IMG/VR virus record: IMGVR_UViG_3300033149_001822
Location: 1 to 55,794 of that record
Direction: 5' to 3' (one strand)
DNA: 55,794 nt
Origin: a virus
Taxonomy: Duplodnaviria > Caudoviricetes
Positions 37,547-47,616 of the stretch are shown piece after piece (positions within the stretch are counted from its first letter, which is position 1; the number at the start of each line of letters is the position of its first letter). The notes below the pieces were generated by a model. That model was given only the letters and a program-made list of their open reading frames with translations, did not search any database and was not told where the DNA came from. A program made the translations under genes and the position numbers.

Positions 37547-37756
37547 ATGATAACAAAAAAGACATTTTGCAAAGAGAAGTTCTTTACCGAGAAGAGACTT
37601 ACCAACTGTCCTTTTTACATAATGAAGACCCATACGGATATGGCTTGCAGTCTTTCTGACAAGATCGTTATTTGCAATTACGAGATCGACCACAAGTTTC
37701 CAGAAGATTGTCCGATGAGGAATGATTCCGTAACTCAGATATTTTTCATAGAATAG
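37547..37756 (+). CDS. Small Cys-rich protein
   Basis: CPF...CSL...FPEDCP. Confidence 0.5.
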   Translation: MITKKTFCKEKFFTEKRLTNCPFYIMKTHTDMACSLSDKIVICNYEIDHKFPEDCPMRNDSVTQIFFIE

Positions 37757-37764
37757 AGAATAAA

Positions 37765-39051
37765 ATGTCCAGACCATCAATTTGTTTTTTGAATCCACCT
37801 CATCCATATCTTATTCAGCCGAAGGCACAGGCCCCACTCGGGATGCTTTACGTTGCGGCTTCTGTGAGAAAAGCTGGATTCGATGTTAAGTTCGTTGACC
37901 TGAGTGACAAGCAGTATGGAGATGATTTCAATCTGCCAGAAGCAGACATTTATGGAATCACCGGGACAATACTTGATGTAAAGTCAATACATGTAGTGGC
38001 AAGGCAGATCAAGAAGAACAACAAGTGGAGCAAGATAATTGTCGGTGGTCCTGTATCACTCAGTCCGGCGCACCTCGATGCAGAATTGGTTGATTCCATT
38101 TTGATTGGGGAAGGTGAGATTGAGATATTCAATGTGCTGGAAGACTATCCCAGATTGAAGTCGTTCTACAAAGCAGACAGGATAACAGACCTCGACTCGC
38201 TTGAGTTTCCCGCTCGTGATCTGTTAGGTACTCATCTTGGGGGCAATGTCTTTGCCCGTTATCAGAAGTACTATGAGGGAGGGAGCACGGTCATATCCAT
38301 GAGCAGGGGTTGCCCGTTTGATTGTACATTTTGTGCGTCACCGAGGATATGGGGAAGGAGGATTATTCACAGGAGCGCGGAGAGTGTGGCTGCGGAAATA
38401 GATGAGGTCGCTGAAAGGTATGGTGTCAGACAGCTCAGGTTTAGCGACGACAACATGACGTGCGACAGGGATAAACTTGAGAGTCTTTGCAGGCACCTCC
38501 TGGGAAAGAAGATTGCTTGGCGTGCGAGCATACGTGTACGCCCGAACGATGTTGACATGTTCAAGATGATGAAGAACGCCGGATGTGTCGAGGTGTGTTT
38601 CGGAATAGAGAGTGGTGATCCGAATGTTCTCCATACTTTGCACAAGAAGGCGACTGTCAAAGAAAACAGGATCGCAATAATGAACGCCAAGGAGGCAGGA
38701 CTTGTCGTTCGAATATTGTTCATGATAGGTACTCCTGGTGAGACAGTTAAAACGGTTGACAGGAACATAGAGTTCTTGAACAGTGTTGACAAACATTACG
38801 ACACCATTGCCATCACGAACTTTACCCCGTTGCCAGGGACGGCGGTAGCAGACGATCCTGGCAGCAATGATTGCGAGATTCTTTGCTACGATGTAGACAA
38901 GTACAATCTTTGTTTATACGGCCCTGATGGTAAGCACAACGAGTGGGAGAATCATATTCGACCGTTTGGTCTTACGTTGGAGCAGTTGACCGAGAACAAG
39001 AAGCGAATGGTGAAGTTCATAATGGAAACAGGGAGAAGTAACAATGGCTAG
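37765..39051 (+). CDS. Cobalamin-binding radical SAM enzyme (class B methylase type)
   Basis: PLGMLYVAA, IIVGGP, SRGCPFDCTFC, FSDDN, FGIESG, FMIGTPGET. Confidence 0.9.
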   Translation: MSRPSICFLNPPHPYLIQPKAQAPLGMLYVAASVRKAGFDVKFVDLSDKQYGDDFNLPEADIYGITGTILDVKSIHVVARQIKKNNKWSKIIVGGPVSLSPAHLDAELVDSILIGEGEIEIFNVLEDYPRLKSFYKADRITDLDSLEFPARDLLGTHLGGNVFARYQKYYEGGSTVISMSRGCPFDCTFCASPRIWGRRIIHRSAESVAAEIDEVAERYGVRQLRFSDDNMTCDRDKLESLCRHLLGKKIAWRASIRVRPNDVDMFKMMKNAGCVEVCFGIESGDPNVLHTLHKKATVKENRIAIMNAKEAGLVVRILFMIGTPGETVKTVDRNIEFLNSVDKHYDTIAITNFTPLPGTAVADDPGSNDCEILCYDVDKYNLCLYGPDGKHNEWENHIRPFGLTLEQLTENKKRMVKFIMETGRSNNG

Positions 39052-40075
39052 GCTGAAGATTCTGGTTTTCCATCCGAAGGAGTGGGTGGGAAGCAGCAAC
39101 GAGAACGTGGAGGTCAGGCATGTGTCGATTGGTGGCAGCATTCCAAGGAGGCTCAACGGGACACCTTCGGAGGATGGTATAGGTGAGGTTGCAGACTCCG
39201 AGGGGATACGCAACTTCATGGACGCGGTTGAGCAGTTCCGACCGGACATTTTTCTTTTTGGGATACACTTCCAGTTCATGCCTTCATACGTTGCCAGAGC
39301 AAGGGCAATGTGTCCTGAGATGAAGGTAGTTATGCATTATACCGACCAGAGGAAGGATGTTCACGATGATGTTGGGAAGTACCTCGGTTTGATTGACTTG
39401 TTGTTGGTGACTAACCAGGACGAAGCAGACCATCAGAAGTATCGTGACTTTGGCTTTCCGAAGGTTGCCACGTTGTACGATGGGATCAATCCTAACAAGT
39501 ATTATCCAATGCCTGTAGAAATCAAACACGATGTCTTCTTCGGAGGGAACAATCACTATGGATTGTACGAGAGCATAAAAAAGTCTGGTCAAAAACCACC
39601 AGAGGTTCTGAACTTTTCGAAAGGAAAGTTTCGCCATGATTTCCTGATGGAGGTGAATAGCCAGTTTGATTTGCTCGTGCGTGGTCGGTTGGGGTGGGAC
39701 GAGCAGGTGTTTTATGTGAAGCCGATGAGGTTCCACCCGAGATATTTGTCTGCTATCAGGGAGGCCAAGATAGTCATAGGGACTGCTGTGGCTCCCCGTT
39801 ACAAGCTCTATATGCGCAGGATGTGGAGGGGGATAGCGTCTGCCAGAATGTTGCTCATGGAATACGTGCCGGGAATGGAAGAGGACTTCGAGAACCACGA
39901 GCACATGGTCTGGTTCAGGACGATAGAAGAAGGAATTGACTTGATCAGATATTACTTGAATAACGACGACGAAAGGGAGAGAATCGCCAAGAGTGGATAC
40001 CAGTTGATACTGGACAATCATACTTGCGATCACAGGCTGGATGAGTTCGAGCAAATTGTCAGGAGGGTTTTCTAA
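39044..40075 (+). CDS. CgeB/YkvP-like GT-B glycosyltransferase, paralogue 1
   Basis: DVFFGG...AKIVIG...R...FENHEHMVWF...YYL.ND.ERE.IA..G...HT..HR. Confidence 0.8.
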   Translation: MARLKILVFHPKEWVGSSNENVEVRHVSIGGSIPRRLNGTPSEDGIGEVADSEGIRNFMDAVEQFRPDIFLFGIHFQFMPSYVARARAMCPEMKVVMHYTDQRKDVHDDVGKYLGLIDLLLVTNQDEADHQKYRDFGFPKVATLYDGINPNKYYPMPVEIKHDVFFGGNNHYGLYESIKKSGQKPPEVLNFSKGKFRHDFLMEVNSQFDLLVRGRLGWDEQVFYVKPMRFHPRYLSAIREAKIVIGTAVAPRYKLYMRRMWRGIASARMLLMEYVPGMEEDFENHEHMVWFRTIEEGIDLIRYYLNNDDERERIAKSGYQLILDNHTCDHRLDEFEQIVRRVF

Positions 40076-41079
40076 TGGGCAAATCGACAGCAGTAGTCTT
40101 GCATCCAAGGGATTGGGAGAGGTACGAATCAACTTTGAAGATCGTTCATGCTTCCATAGGCGGCAAGGTTCCCAGGAAGCGGGACGGGACGGCGACGTTC
40201 GACGGCTATGCTGACGTGGTGACAGAGGAAGGCAAGCAAGATTTGTTCGACAAGATAGAGGAGTACCATCCAGAGATTTTCCTATTTTGGATGCACGTCG
40301 GAATGAACCCACAGATCATAAAGAGGGTAAAGGAGATTTCTCCGAGGACAAAGATAGTTGTTTGGCATGGGAACCATCGCTACGAGTTCCCGCACGGTGT
40401 CAGGATGTACCTCAAATACCTCAGCATGGTGCTCATCAACTCCCGTGAGCCTAGTCAGTACAAGATGTACAAGGATGGCGGTGTACCTAACGTGGCGACC
40501 TTGTGGGACGGGTTTAATCCTGACGACGTGGAGCTTGAGGACAAGGAACCTGAGTTCGATTGTATATTCGGTGGCAACTCGTATTTGGGAAGGACTAACA
40601 ATCTACCGGGACAGGATTTTCCAGGTGGTCTGCTCAGATACAATTTGATTGTCGAGGCAAACAAAAGGTTCAACGTTGCTGTGCTTTCTGACGTACCAGA
40701 GGGTTGGCCATTCAAGGTGTTGCCAGCGGCATTCCACCCTAAGTACACGAACGAATTGCGAAGGGCAAAGATAACTCTGAACATTAACCATTTTCCAGGT
40801 TTTTACCAGGCGTATACGAGGCGAACCATTCGCAGCATTTTTGCCAAGCGTCTTCACCTGACACTGTATATCCCAGGCATGGAGGAGCATTTCGAGAATC
40901 ATGAAAATATTGTCTGGTATCACGACTTGAACGAGGCGATGGAGTTGATTGGTTATTACCTTGAGAACGATGACGAGCGCGAGGAGATAGCTGAAAAGTC
41001 TTGGATGCACGCTTGCAAGCATTTCACATTTGAGAATAGACTTAGAGACTTTGAGAAAATTGCAAAGGTACTATTATGA
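40075..41079 (+). CDS. CgeB/YkvP-like glycosyltransferase, paralogue 2
   Basis: Same motifs (AKITLNI, FENHENIVWY). Confidence 0.8.
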   Translation: MGKSTAVVLHPRDWERYESTLKIVHASIGGKVPRKRDGTATFDGYADVVTEEGKQDLFDKIEEYHPEIFLFWMHVGMNPQIIKRVKEISPRTKIVVWHGNHRYEFPHGVRMYLKYLSMVLINSREPSQYKMYKDGGVPNVATLWDGFNPDDVELEDKEPEFDCIFGGNSYLGRTNNLPGQDFPGGLLRYNLIVEANKRFNVAVLSDVPEGWPFKVLPAAFHPKYTNELRRAKITLNINHFPGFYQAYTRRTIRSIFAKRLHLTLYIPGMEEHFENHENIVWYHDLNEAMELIGYYLENDDEREEIAEKSWMHACKHFTFENRLRDFEKIAKVLL

Positions 41080-42104
41080 CAAAGCCGACAGTGGTTTTCA
41101 CCAGGCCAGAGGATTGGGTTGAAGGCAATTACGAAACAGACGAGATGAAACTTGTCTACGTTCCTTTAGGTGGATCTGAACCAAAGCTAAGGAATGGTGG
41201 TCCTGCTGGAGAAGCTGTTGGGGTTTTGGCTACTCATGAGGGTGTGGATAAGCTGATTCAGGAGTTTCAAAAACACAAACCAGAAGTATTTTTTCATTGG
41301 GTTCATTACGGGGAATATGACCACAGGGTTATGAAGGAGCTTCGTAAAATTAGTCCAAAAACTTTGTTTGTTTTCGGGCAAGGCAATCAGGTTCTCCATA
41401 AGAAAATTATCGACAGATGGATAATGGAGAACAAGGAATTTGTTGACGTAGTGTTGACCAACAATTACAGTCCGAGCCAACACAAGATTATGAAAGATTA
41501 TGGTGTCAAGTACACTGATATTCTATATGACGGGTTTATTCCTAGACTGCATGGTCGTCCAGAATTGCCTGTTGAGTTTGATTGTTTTTTTGGTGGTGGC
41601 AATACAGTCAAAAGTGTGGATCACAAGGGCAGATTTCCGTTGAGCAAATTTAGGTTCATGTTCATCAATGAGGTTAGCAAGAGATTTGATTTGCATGTGC
41701 GTGGAGGCGGTTGGAATGATATTGAGAGTCATTCGTACTTGTACGCATTCGATTATATCGACACTTTCCGAAAGGCAAAAATAGTTTTGGGAATAAATCA
41801 TTTTGATTTTGAACGGTACTACACAAAACGAACTATTTATGGAGGTGCATCAGGCAGGATGCTGATAACGAGGTACATCCCTGAGATGGAGAAGGATTTT
41901 GAGAACCATGTAAACATGGTCTGGTTCCATTCTATTGATGAAGCTCTTGAATTAATAGAATACTATTTGAACAACGATGAAGAACGAGAAAAGATAGCCA
42001 AGCAGACAAAGGAATATTTTTTGAAGAATCATAGTTGGCAAGCAAGATTAAGGGACTTCGAAGGTGTGATGAAGCGATTGAAAGGGGTTTTCAATGAGTG
42101 GTAA
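41076..42104 (+). CDS. CgeB/YkvP-like glycosyltransferase, paralogue 3
   Basis: Same motifs (AKIVLGIN, FENHVNMVWF, HSWQAR). Confidence 0.8.
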   Translation: MTKPTVVFTRPEDWVEGNYETDEMKLVYVPLGGSEPKLRNGGPAGEAVGVLATHEGVDKLIQEFQKHKPEVFFHWVHYGEYDHRVMKELRKISPKTLFVFGQGNQVLHKKIIDRWIMENKEFVDVVLTNNYSPSQHKIMKDYGVKYTDILYDGFIPRLHGRPELPVEFDCFFGGGNTVKSVDHKGRFPLSKFRFMFINEVSKRFDLHVRGGGWNDIESHSYLYAFDYIDTFRKAKIVLGINHFDFERYYTKRTIYGGASGRMLITRYIPEMEKDFENHVNMVWFHSIDEALELIEYYLNNDEEREKIAKQTKEYFLKNHSWQARLRDFEGVMKRLKGVFNEW

Positions 42105-43116
42105 ACCTACAGTAGTTTTCACAAGGCTAACGGATTGGGTCAATGGAGGATATTCCAGTGATGTTTTGAATCTTGTCTATGTCCAGGTTGGTGGTGTGAA
42201 TCCTAGGAAACACGATGGCAGTCCAATTGCCGATGGAATAGGTGACATGGTTACTGACGAGGGTCGGCAGGATTTATTAAAGTCTGTTAAGAAGTACGAG
42301 CCGGAAATACTTCTTCATTTTGTTCATAGAAGAATAGGAACGAATTTGATGACAGAAATAAAGAGGATTAGTCCGAAAACGTTGATAGTGGTGGCTGATG
42401 GGAACCAGCCACACGCGATTAGTGCATATGTAAAGAAACATAGAAAATATATTGATGGGGTGTTGTTGAATTCGTCCAATGCAGAAAGCTATGCCAAGTA
42501 CAATGATTTGAATTATAAACCAAGAATGATTGGAAAGTTGTGTGATGGGTTTGTTCCTGTTCACCATGAATTGGGGAATGTTCCAATCGAACACGATTGC
42601 TATTTTGCGGGAAGCAATCTTTTCAAGAGAAGGGGCAGACATGAAATTGTTTGGAGATTTCCAAACAGTAAGAATAGAAATGAGTTCATTGTTGCAGCAA
42701 AGAAAAAATTTGACTTGATAGTTCATGCAAATGAAGGTAACTGGCCTTTTCCTGTCAAGAAAATTTTACAGTACCCGGAATTCTACAGGGCTTTTCACAA
42801 GGCAAAAATAAGCCTGGGAATGAACCAGTTCAATCTGACAAGATATTATACCAGGAGATTGATACACGGTGGGGCGTCGTCGTCCCTTTACATAACCGGG
42901 TATATTCCTGGCATGGAAAAGGACTTTGAGAATCATGTTAACATGGCATGGTTTCACACTATCGAGGAAGGTCTTGAGCTAATTGAATATTATTTGAACA
43001 ACGACAAAGAAAGAGAGAAAGTGGCAAAACAACAACGAAAACATTTTTTGAAGCATCATTCTTGGGAAGCCAGGTTGAAGGAATTTGAAAAGTATGCAAA
43101 GAAGATTCTGAAATGA
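42094..43116 (+). CDS. CgeB/YkvP-like glycosyltransferase, paralogue 4
   Basis: Same motifs (AKISLGMN, FENHVNMAWF, HSWEAR). Confidence 0.8.
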   Translation: MSGKPTVVFTRLTDWVNGGYSSDVLNLVYVQVGGVNPRKHDGSPIADGIGDMVTDEGRQDLLKSVKKYEPEILLHFVHRRIGTNLMTEIKRISPKTLIVVADGNQPHAISAYVKKHRKYIDGVLLNSSNAESYAKYNDLNYKPRMIGKLCDGFVPVHHELGNVPIEHDCYFAGSNLFKRRGRHEIVWRFPNSKNRNEFIVAAKKKFDLIVHANEGNWPFPVKKILQYPEFYRAFHKAKISLGMNQFNLTRYYTRRLIHGGASSSLYITGYIPGMEKDFENHVNMAWFHTIEEGLELIEYYLNNDKEREKVAKQQRKHFLKHHSWEARLKEFEKYAKKILK

Positions 43117-43901
43117 AAATTAAAAAGATGACATTTTCTCCGGTTATGGCTGTTAAAATGAATGCAATGTTTCATCAGATTTTGCAGCCGAAGTTTCACA
43201 ATGTTCTGGAGGATTTGATAGAGTTTACTGGACTTGATCGTAATGAAGTGCTTTTTAGAATAATAAAGAAACTTGGCAGGGATTGGGGTGCAAGGGGTTG
43301 GTTCAATAACGAGTTCGATTGGCACGATCCGTCATCGAATCGTGAGTTGTGTTGGTTTTATGTCAGCGCTCAAAGTTATTTGTTTAGCAATGCAAGACGG
43401 CCATATTGGAATATGCTTAAGTACGTCAAAGACGGGCCTGTTTTGGATTATGGTTGTGGAATTGGACAAAATATTCTTGAACTGGCCAAAAGAGGTTTTG
43501 AAGTACGTTATCTTGAATTGGGACTTTTGCAGCAAGAGTTTTTGAAGTTCAGAATTATAAAACACCACATTACAAACGCTGTGGAATTGGATTTGTGGTC
43601 TTCAGGTTTTTTGAATACGATTGATTGTGTCAAAGGCATACAATATGGAACAATACTTTTACAACATGTCTTGGAGCATATTCCATCATACCAGAACACT
43701 CTCAGGCATCTCATTTCAAATTTGAAGGTGGGTGGAAGAATAATTGAGCACAGTCCGTTCAGGAGTTCGCCTGGGAATTCAGAGTCGCCTCAAATGCATT
43801 TGAAGGCAGAAATTACGATGAAAGAAGCGATGATCGGTATGAAAAAAATATACGGTGGGGATTCTGTCAGACGTGATGCCAATGTATGGGAAAAAATATG
43901 A
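43113..43901 (+). CDS. Class I SAM-dependent methyltransferase
   Basis: VLDYGCGIG, HVLEHI, LKVGG. Confidence 0.88.
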   Translation: MKIKKMTFSPVMAVKMNAMFHQILQPKFHNVLEDLIEFTGLDRNEVLFRIIKKLGRDWGARGWFNNEFDWHDPSSNRELCWFYVSAQSYLFSNARRPYWNMLKYVKDGPVLDYGCGIGQNILELAKRGFEVRYLELGLLQQEFLKFRIIKHHITNAVELDLWSSGFLNTIDCVKGIQYGTILLQHVLEHIPSYQNTLRHLISNLKVGGRIIEHSPFRSSPGNSESPQMHLKAEITMKEAMIGMKKIYGGDSVRRDANVWEKI

Positions 43902-44884
43902 AACCAACAATTTGCATTTTGCAAAAACAAACACATTTTGACAAACCTTCATTGATTGAATCTTCTTCTGTCAAGGAGAAATTTGATGTCGTGAAGGATT
44001 ATTTCTATAACATTCCCAACAAAACAGATATTGTCTATACTCAAACTTATTTTGATAGAAAAATTCTGGAGATATTGGAGGAATGGCGCGGTCGTATTGT
44101 CATTCATGTGGGTGGTAACCTTTGGAATGAAAGCAAAGGTGTGGGGTTAATCAAGCAGGTCGTGGACATCATGAACCGTTCCCAGACAATAGTTGTCTGC
44201 AACGGACATGGGATATTCGACATTGTGAAAAAGAATCTCAATGACAATGCCAATGTGATGTGTCTTCCAGGTGGTTTATGGGGCACTGACAATTCTCGCT
44301 ACGGAATACAGCCGGACAGATTTATCCCAAAGGATGATTACTCACTCAAGAACAAGAAGAGGCCAAGTGTGGTAATGTCCATAAACTTGACGGTTGAAAG
44401 GAAATGGGCAGGGATTTTTTTGTTCCTTTCATCTATCAAGAAAATCGTAAGAAAAATGAAAATAAAAATCACATGTGCAGGAATGATAAAATCCAATCAT
44501 GATTTGGTTAAAAGTTTGTCGAACAGGTACGGTGTGAGATTTTTAGAATACACTGAAGATTGGCCTCAGATTTTGCAGGATTCTGATTTGTTTATTCACC
44601 CTAGCACGTTTGATTGCTTTCCTAGATCGGTCTGTGACGCAATGTGTACAGGACTTCCTATTGTTGCTTATAACATGCCAAGCACTAGGCACGTGAGCGA
44701 CAAGTTGCATTTTGTAGACCCACTTGATCATGATTATGTGTCAGATAGTGTCGAGTGGTTTTTGTCGAACGAAGATGAGCGCAAGCAGTTGGGCGAGGTT
44801 TTGCTTGTGGAGGCTCTTGAGAAGACCGAGAAGCATCGTGGAGACTACGCAGGAATATTGGAAGATATACTTAGTTCAACTTAA
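43898..44884 (+). CDS. GT4 glycosyltransferase
   Basis: SDLFIHPS.FDCFPRSVCDAMCTGLPIVA. Confidence 0.85.
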   Translation: MKPTICILQKQTHFDKPSLIESSSVKEKFDVVKDYFYNIPNKTDIVYTQTYFDRKILEILEEWRGRIVIHVGGNLWNESKGVGLIKQVVDIMNRSQTIVVCNGHGIFDIVKKNLNDNANVMCLPGGLWGTDNSRYGIQPDRFIPKDDYSLKNKKRPSVVMSINLTVERKWAGIFLFLSSIKKIVRKMKIKITCAGMIKSNHDLVKSLSNRYGVRFLEYTEDWPQILQDSDLFIHPSTFDCFPRSVCDAMCTGLPIVAYNMPSTRHVSDKLHFVDPLDHDYVSDSVEWFLSNEDERKQLGEVLLVEALEKTEKHRGDYAGILEDILSST

Positions 44885-44900
44885 TAAAGAGGATAATAAC

Positions 44901-45863
44901 ATGAGATTTTTAATTTCTGGCGGTGCTGGATTCATCGGATCTAACATTGTCATGGAGCTGGTTAAGTTGGGCCATGACGTTATGGCGATTGACAATCTCA
45001 TCACCGGAAGCAAAAAGAATCTCGAAGAGGTGATGGGCAAGATCGAGTTCGTTTGGGACGATCTCAGGAAAATGGACGTTTGTAAGAACATCTGTGGGGG
45101 TGTTGACTACATTTTACACCAGGCTGCTCTTGGCTCTGTCCCGAGGTCTGTCAAGGACCCGGTCCTGTCCAACGAGAACAACATAAACTCCACGTTGAAT
45201 CTCCTGGTTGCCGCGAAGGACGCTGGTGTTCGCAGGTTCGTGTATGCCTCGTCGTCGGGTGTCTATGGGAATTGTGAAGGGGAGTTCAAGGTGGAGACAA
45301 TGGAGAGCAAGCCGATCAATCCCTACGCGATTTCAAAGACTGCCAGCGAAGAGTATGTCAAAATATTCCATAAGTTGTACGGGATGAAGACAGTGGCGTT
45401 GAGGTACTTCAACGTATTCGGCCCGCAGCAGAATCCACACGGTGCCTATGCAGCGGTTGTCCCGGCGTTCATTTTGAATGCTTTGAATTATGAAAAATCA
45501 ATTATCTATGGCGATGGTAAACAGGCCAGGGACTTCACGTTTGTTGATGATGTGGTTCAAGCAAACATTCTGGCTTGTCAGGCAGGAGAGGAAGTTGACG
45601 GACAGGCTATCAATGTTGGAGGTGGTCACACTGTTTCGGTAAACAAATTGCACGAGATGATAGGTCGTTTCACCGACTGTCCACTTGAACCAAATTATGT
45701 AGACAAAAGAAAGGGTGATGTTATGAATAGTCGTGCAGACATTGGCAAGGCAATAAAACTGCTTGGTTACAAGCCTTACTCTGAAAAAACTTTCGAGGAA
45801 TGTATAGGCGAAACAGTCGAGTGGTACAGGAGCAGACATGAAGCTCAGCGTCATAGTAACTAG
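44901..45863 (+). CDS. NAD-dependent nucleotide-sugar epimerase (WbpP-like C4-epimerase)
   Basis: GGAGFIGS, HQAALGSVPRS, YAISK, LRYFNVFGP; ATG 44901 follows GAGG. Confidence 0.9.
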   Translation: MRFLISGGAGFIGSNIVMELVKLGHDVMAIDNLITGSKKNLEEVMGKIEFVWDDLRKMDVCKNICGGVDYILHQAALGSVPRSVKDPVLSNENNINSTLNLLVAAKDAGVRRFVYASSSGVYGNCEGEFKVETMESKPINPYAISKTASEEYVKIFHKLYGMKTVALRYFNVFGPQQNPHGAYAAVVPAFILNALNYEKSIIYGDGKQARDFTFVDDVVQANILACQAGEEVDGQAINVGGGHTVSVNKLHEMIGRFTDCPLEPNYVDKRKGDVMNSRADIGKAIKLLGYKPYSEKTFEECIGETVEWYRSRHEAQRHSN

Positions 45864-47142
45864 TTATAACAGGTGGCCGCTTTTGAAGAACGCGGTCGAT
45901 TCTGTTATCAGGCAAGAGTTACATTCTTATGACAAAGGTGAAATGGAAATCATTGTTGTAGACGATTGTTCTGTGCAGAAAGGTGTTCGTGAGTATCTTG
46001 AAAGGATGCACAAGGAAGGACTGATAAGATACATTTCATCTGGACCGTATAGTGAGGAGTTTAGGAAGACACACAAGATGGTGTCAGTGTCTATAAACTT
46101 GGCACTAAATGTGGCGAAGGGAGATTATATCACCTATCTGTGTGACGATGATTTATTCGTGCCAGGTCGCTGTAGGAAAATGATGGATATTATCGATCAA
46201 GCTGTATGTGAAATGGTAGTCGGTCGTGTCAATTGGGTTACATGGGACGGGAGGAAATTCCCGCAGGAAAAAATAGGGTTCTACAATTACAAGAAACCAT
46301 TTGAGGAGGGACACGAGGAGTTGGTAGAAGCACTAAAGAAGTCTGGTTCGAATTTTATCTGTCATGACACGATCATGCATTGTAAGACCAGTCGAAGATG
46401 GCCAACAAATAATATACATACTCCAGTTGACTGGAGATTTTGGTGCAAGTTAAGTAGTGATGGTTTTAGAGTAAAGACGATTGACGATGTTGTAGCCGAA
46501 GCAATTTTGCCGGAGACTTGGAGAAATGGAATAACCATGGAACAAGTTCTGGCCAACAGATCATTGGGAGGTTCTATTATGGGTGAAGTAAAACAAGCGA
46601 AGAATGTGTCGAACAAGGTGCAAGTTCTGAAGGATGACAAGGGCACTGTCGAGCCAGGCGGAAGGGTTGATGCCAGCGAAGTTACCTTGGCTAATGGAAG
46701 GTTGTGGCCAGGATTTGCCTGGGACGATTCAGTCACTGTACATGATAAGAATGTTCCATTGAAAAAGAAGGGAAAGCCAAAGAAGCAAAAGAAACCAACG
46801 GAAGTCGCTGAAAAGAAACCGGAGTTCGTTGAGGATAAAAATCCTGAACCCAAACCTGAACCTGAGAAGAACATAGTCTTGCCGAAAGAGACTGCTAAAG
46901 AAAAGGCTGTGAGGGCAAAAATTGCAGACTCAAAAAAACCAACTCCGAAACCAATTTCAAAACCGACCCCGGTTCCTGAGGTAAAACCGAAAAAGAAAAC
47001 AATTCTTCGAAAAAAGACAACCAAGAGAAAACCAGCCAAGAGAAAATCGGCAACCAAGAAGAAGACCGCAAAAAGAAAGACAGTCAAGAAGAAGGCAGCC
47101 AAGAAAAAGACCGCAAAACGCAAGACTGCAAAAAAGAGGTAA
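45838..47142 (+). CDS. GT2 glycosyltransferase fused to a Lys/Pro-rich histone H1-like tail
   Basis: SVIVTSYNR, VVDD, YLCDDD; C-terminal KKKTAKRK repeats. Confidence 0.85.
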   Translation: MKLSVIVTSYNRWPLLKNAVDSVIRQELHSYDKGEMEIIVVDDCSVQKGVREYLERMHKEGLIRYISSGPYSEEFRKTHKMVSVSINLALNVAKGDYITYLCDDDLFVPGRCRKMMDIIDQAVCEMVVGRVNWVTWDGRKFPQEKIGFYNYKKPFEEGHEELVEALKKSGSNFICHDTIMHCKTSRRWPTNNIHTPVDWRFWCKLSSDGFRVKTIDDVVAEAILPETWRNGITMEQVLANRSLGGSIMGEVKQAKNVSNKVQVLKDDKGTVEPGGRVDASEVTLANGRLWPGFAWDDSVTVHDKNVPLKKKGKPKKQKKPTEVAEKKPEFVEDKNPEPKPEPEKNIVLPKETAKEKAVRAKIADSKKPTPKPISKPTPVPEVKPKKKTILRKKTTKRKPAKRKSATKKKTAKRKTVKKKAAKKKTAKRKTAKKR

Positions 47143-47145
47143 ATC

Positions 47146-47574
47146 ATGGGGACAAAACTTCCAGCCTCGGTCGCGGCTGCTGATGCCGAGGGAGACAACC
47201 TTGGGACCGAGCACATACTGATAGAGAAACATGCTTGGCAGCAAGACCGGGCAATGCAGTTCAATTTGACTGCTGACATTTTGAGGTATACGAGTGTTGG
47301 TGCAGATCCTTCCACTAGGAACAAAGGCACGCAGACATTGGTTGCTGACTTGGCAGCTTTATCGTGCTCCATTGACGATTACACCAAAAACTTTGAGAGA
47401 AAGTACGGTGGAGTTGCCGAGGAAGGCGACAAGTTATTTACGTTCTACGATGTCAAGGTGGTGTCGTCAGACAGGATAGAGTTTGACGGAAACATCTGGT
47501 TCCCTGTGAACGTCTGGTTTCAAGCTGAGTCAGGAAGGTGTGAGGTCCAGGCACGTATAGGTGGCGAGGACTAG
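47146..47574 (+). CDS. Head-closure protein (putative)
   Basis: Size, DRIEFDG..W beta pattern, synteny. Confidence 0.5.
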   Translation: MGTKLPASVAAADAEGDNLGTEHILIEKHAWQQDRAMQFNLTADILRYTSVGADPSTRNKGTQTLVADLAALSCSIDDYTKNFERKYGGVAEEGDKLFTFYDVKVVSSDRIEFDGNIWFPVNVWFQAESGRCEVQARIGGED

Positions 47575-47616
47575 CTGCTGATTGGTTGACCTGTGTCCTG
47601 TTAATGGAGGTTTATC

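Noticed and set aside
39284-40312. 342-aa minus-strand ORF (also 46362-47372, 22618-23361, 1512-2198 and similar)
   Set aside because: Antisense shadows of well-supported + strand genes, with no recognisable motifs.
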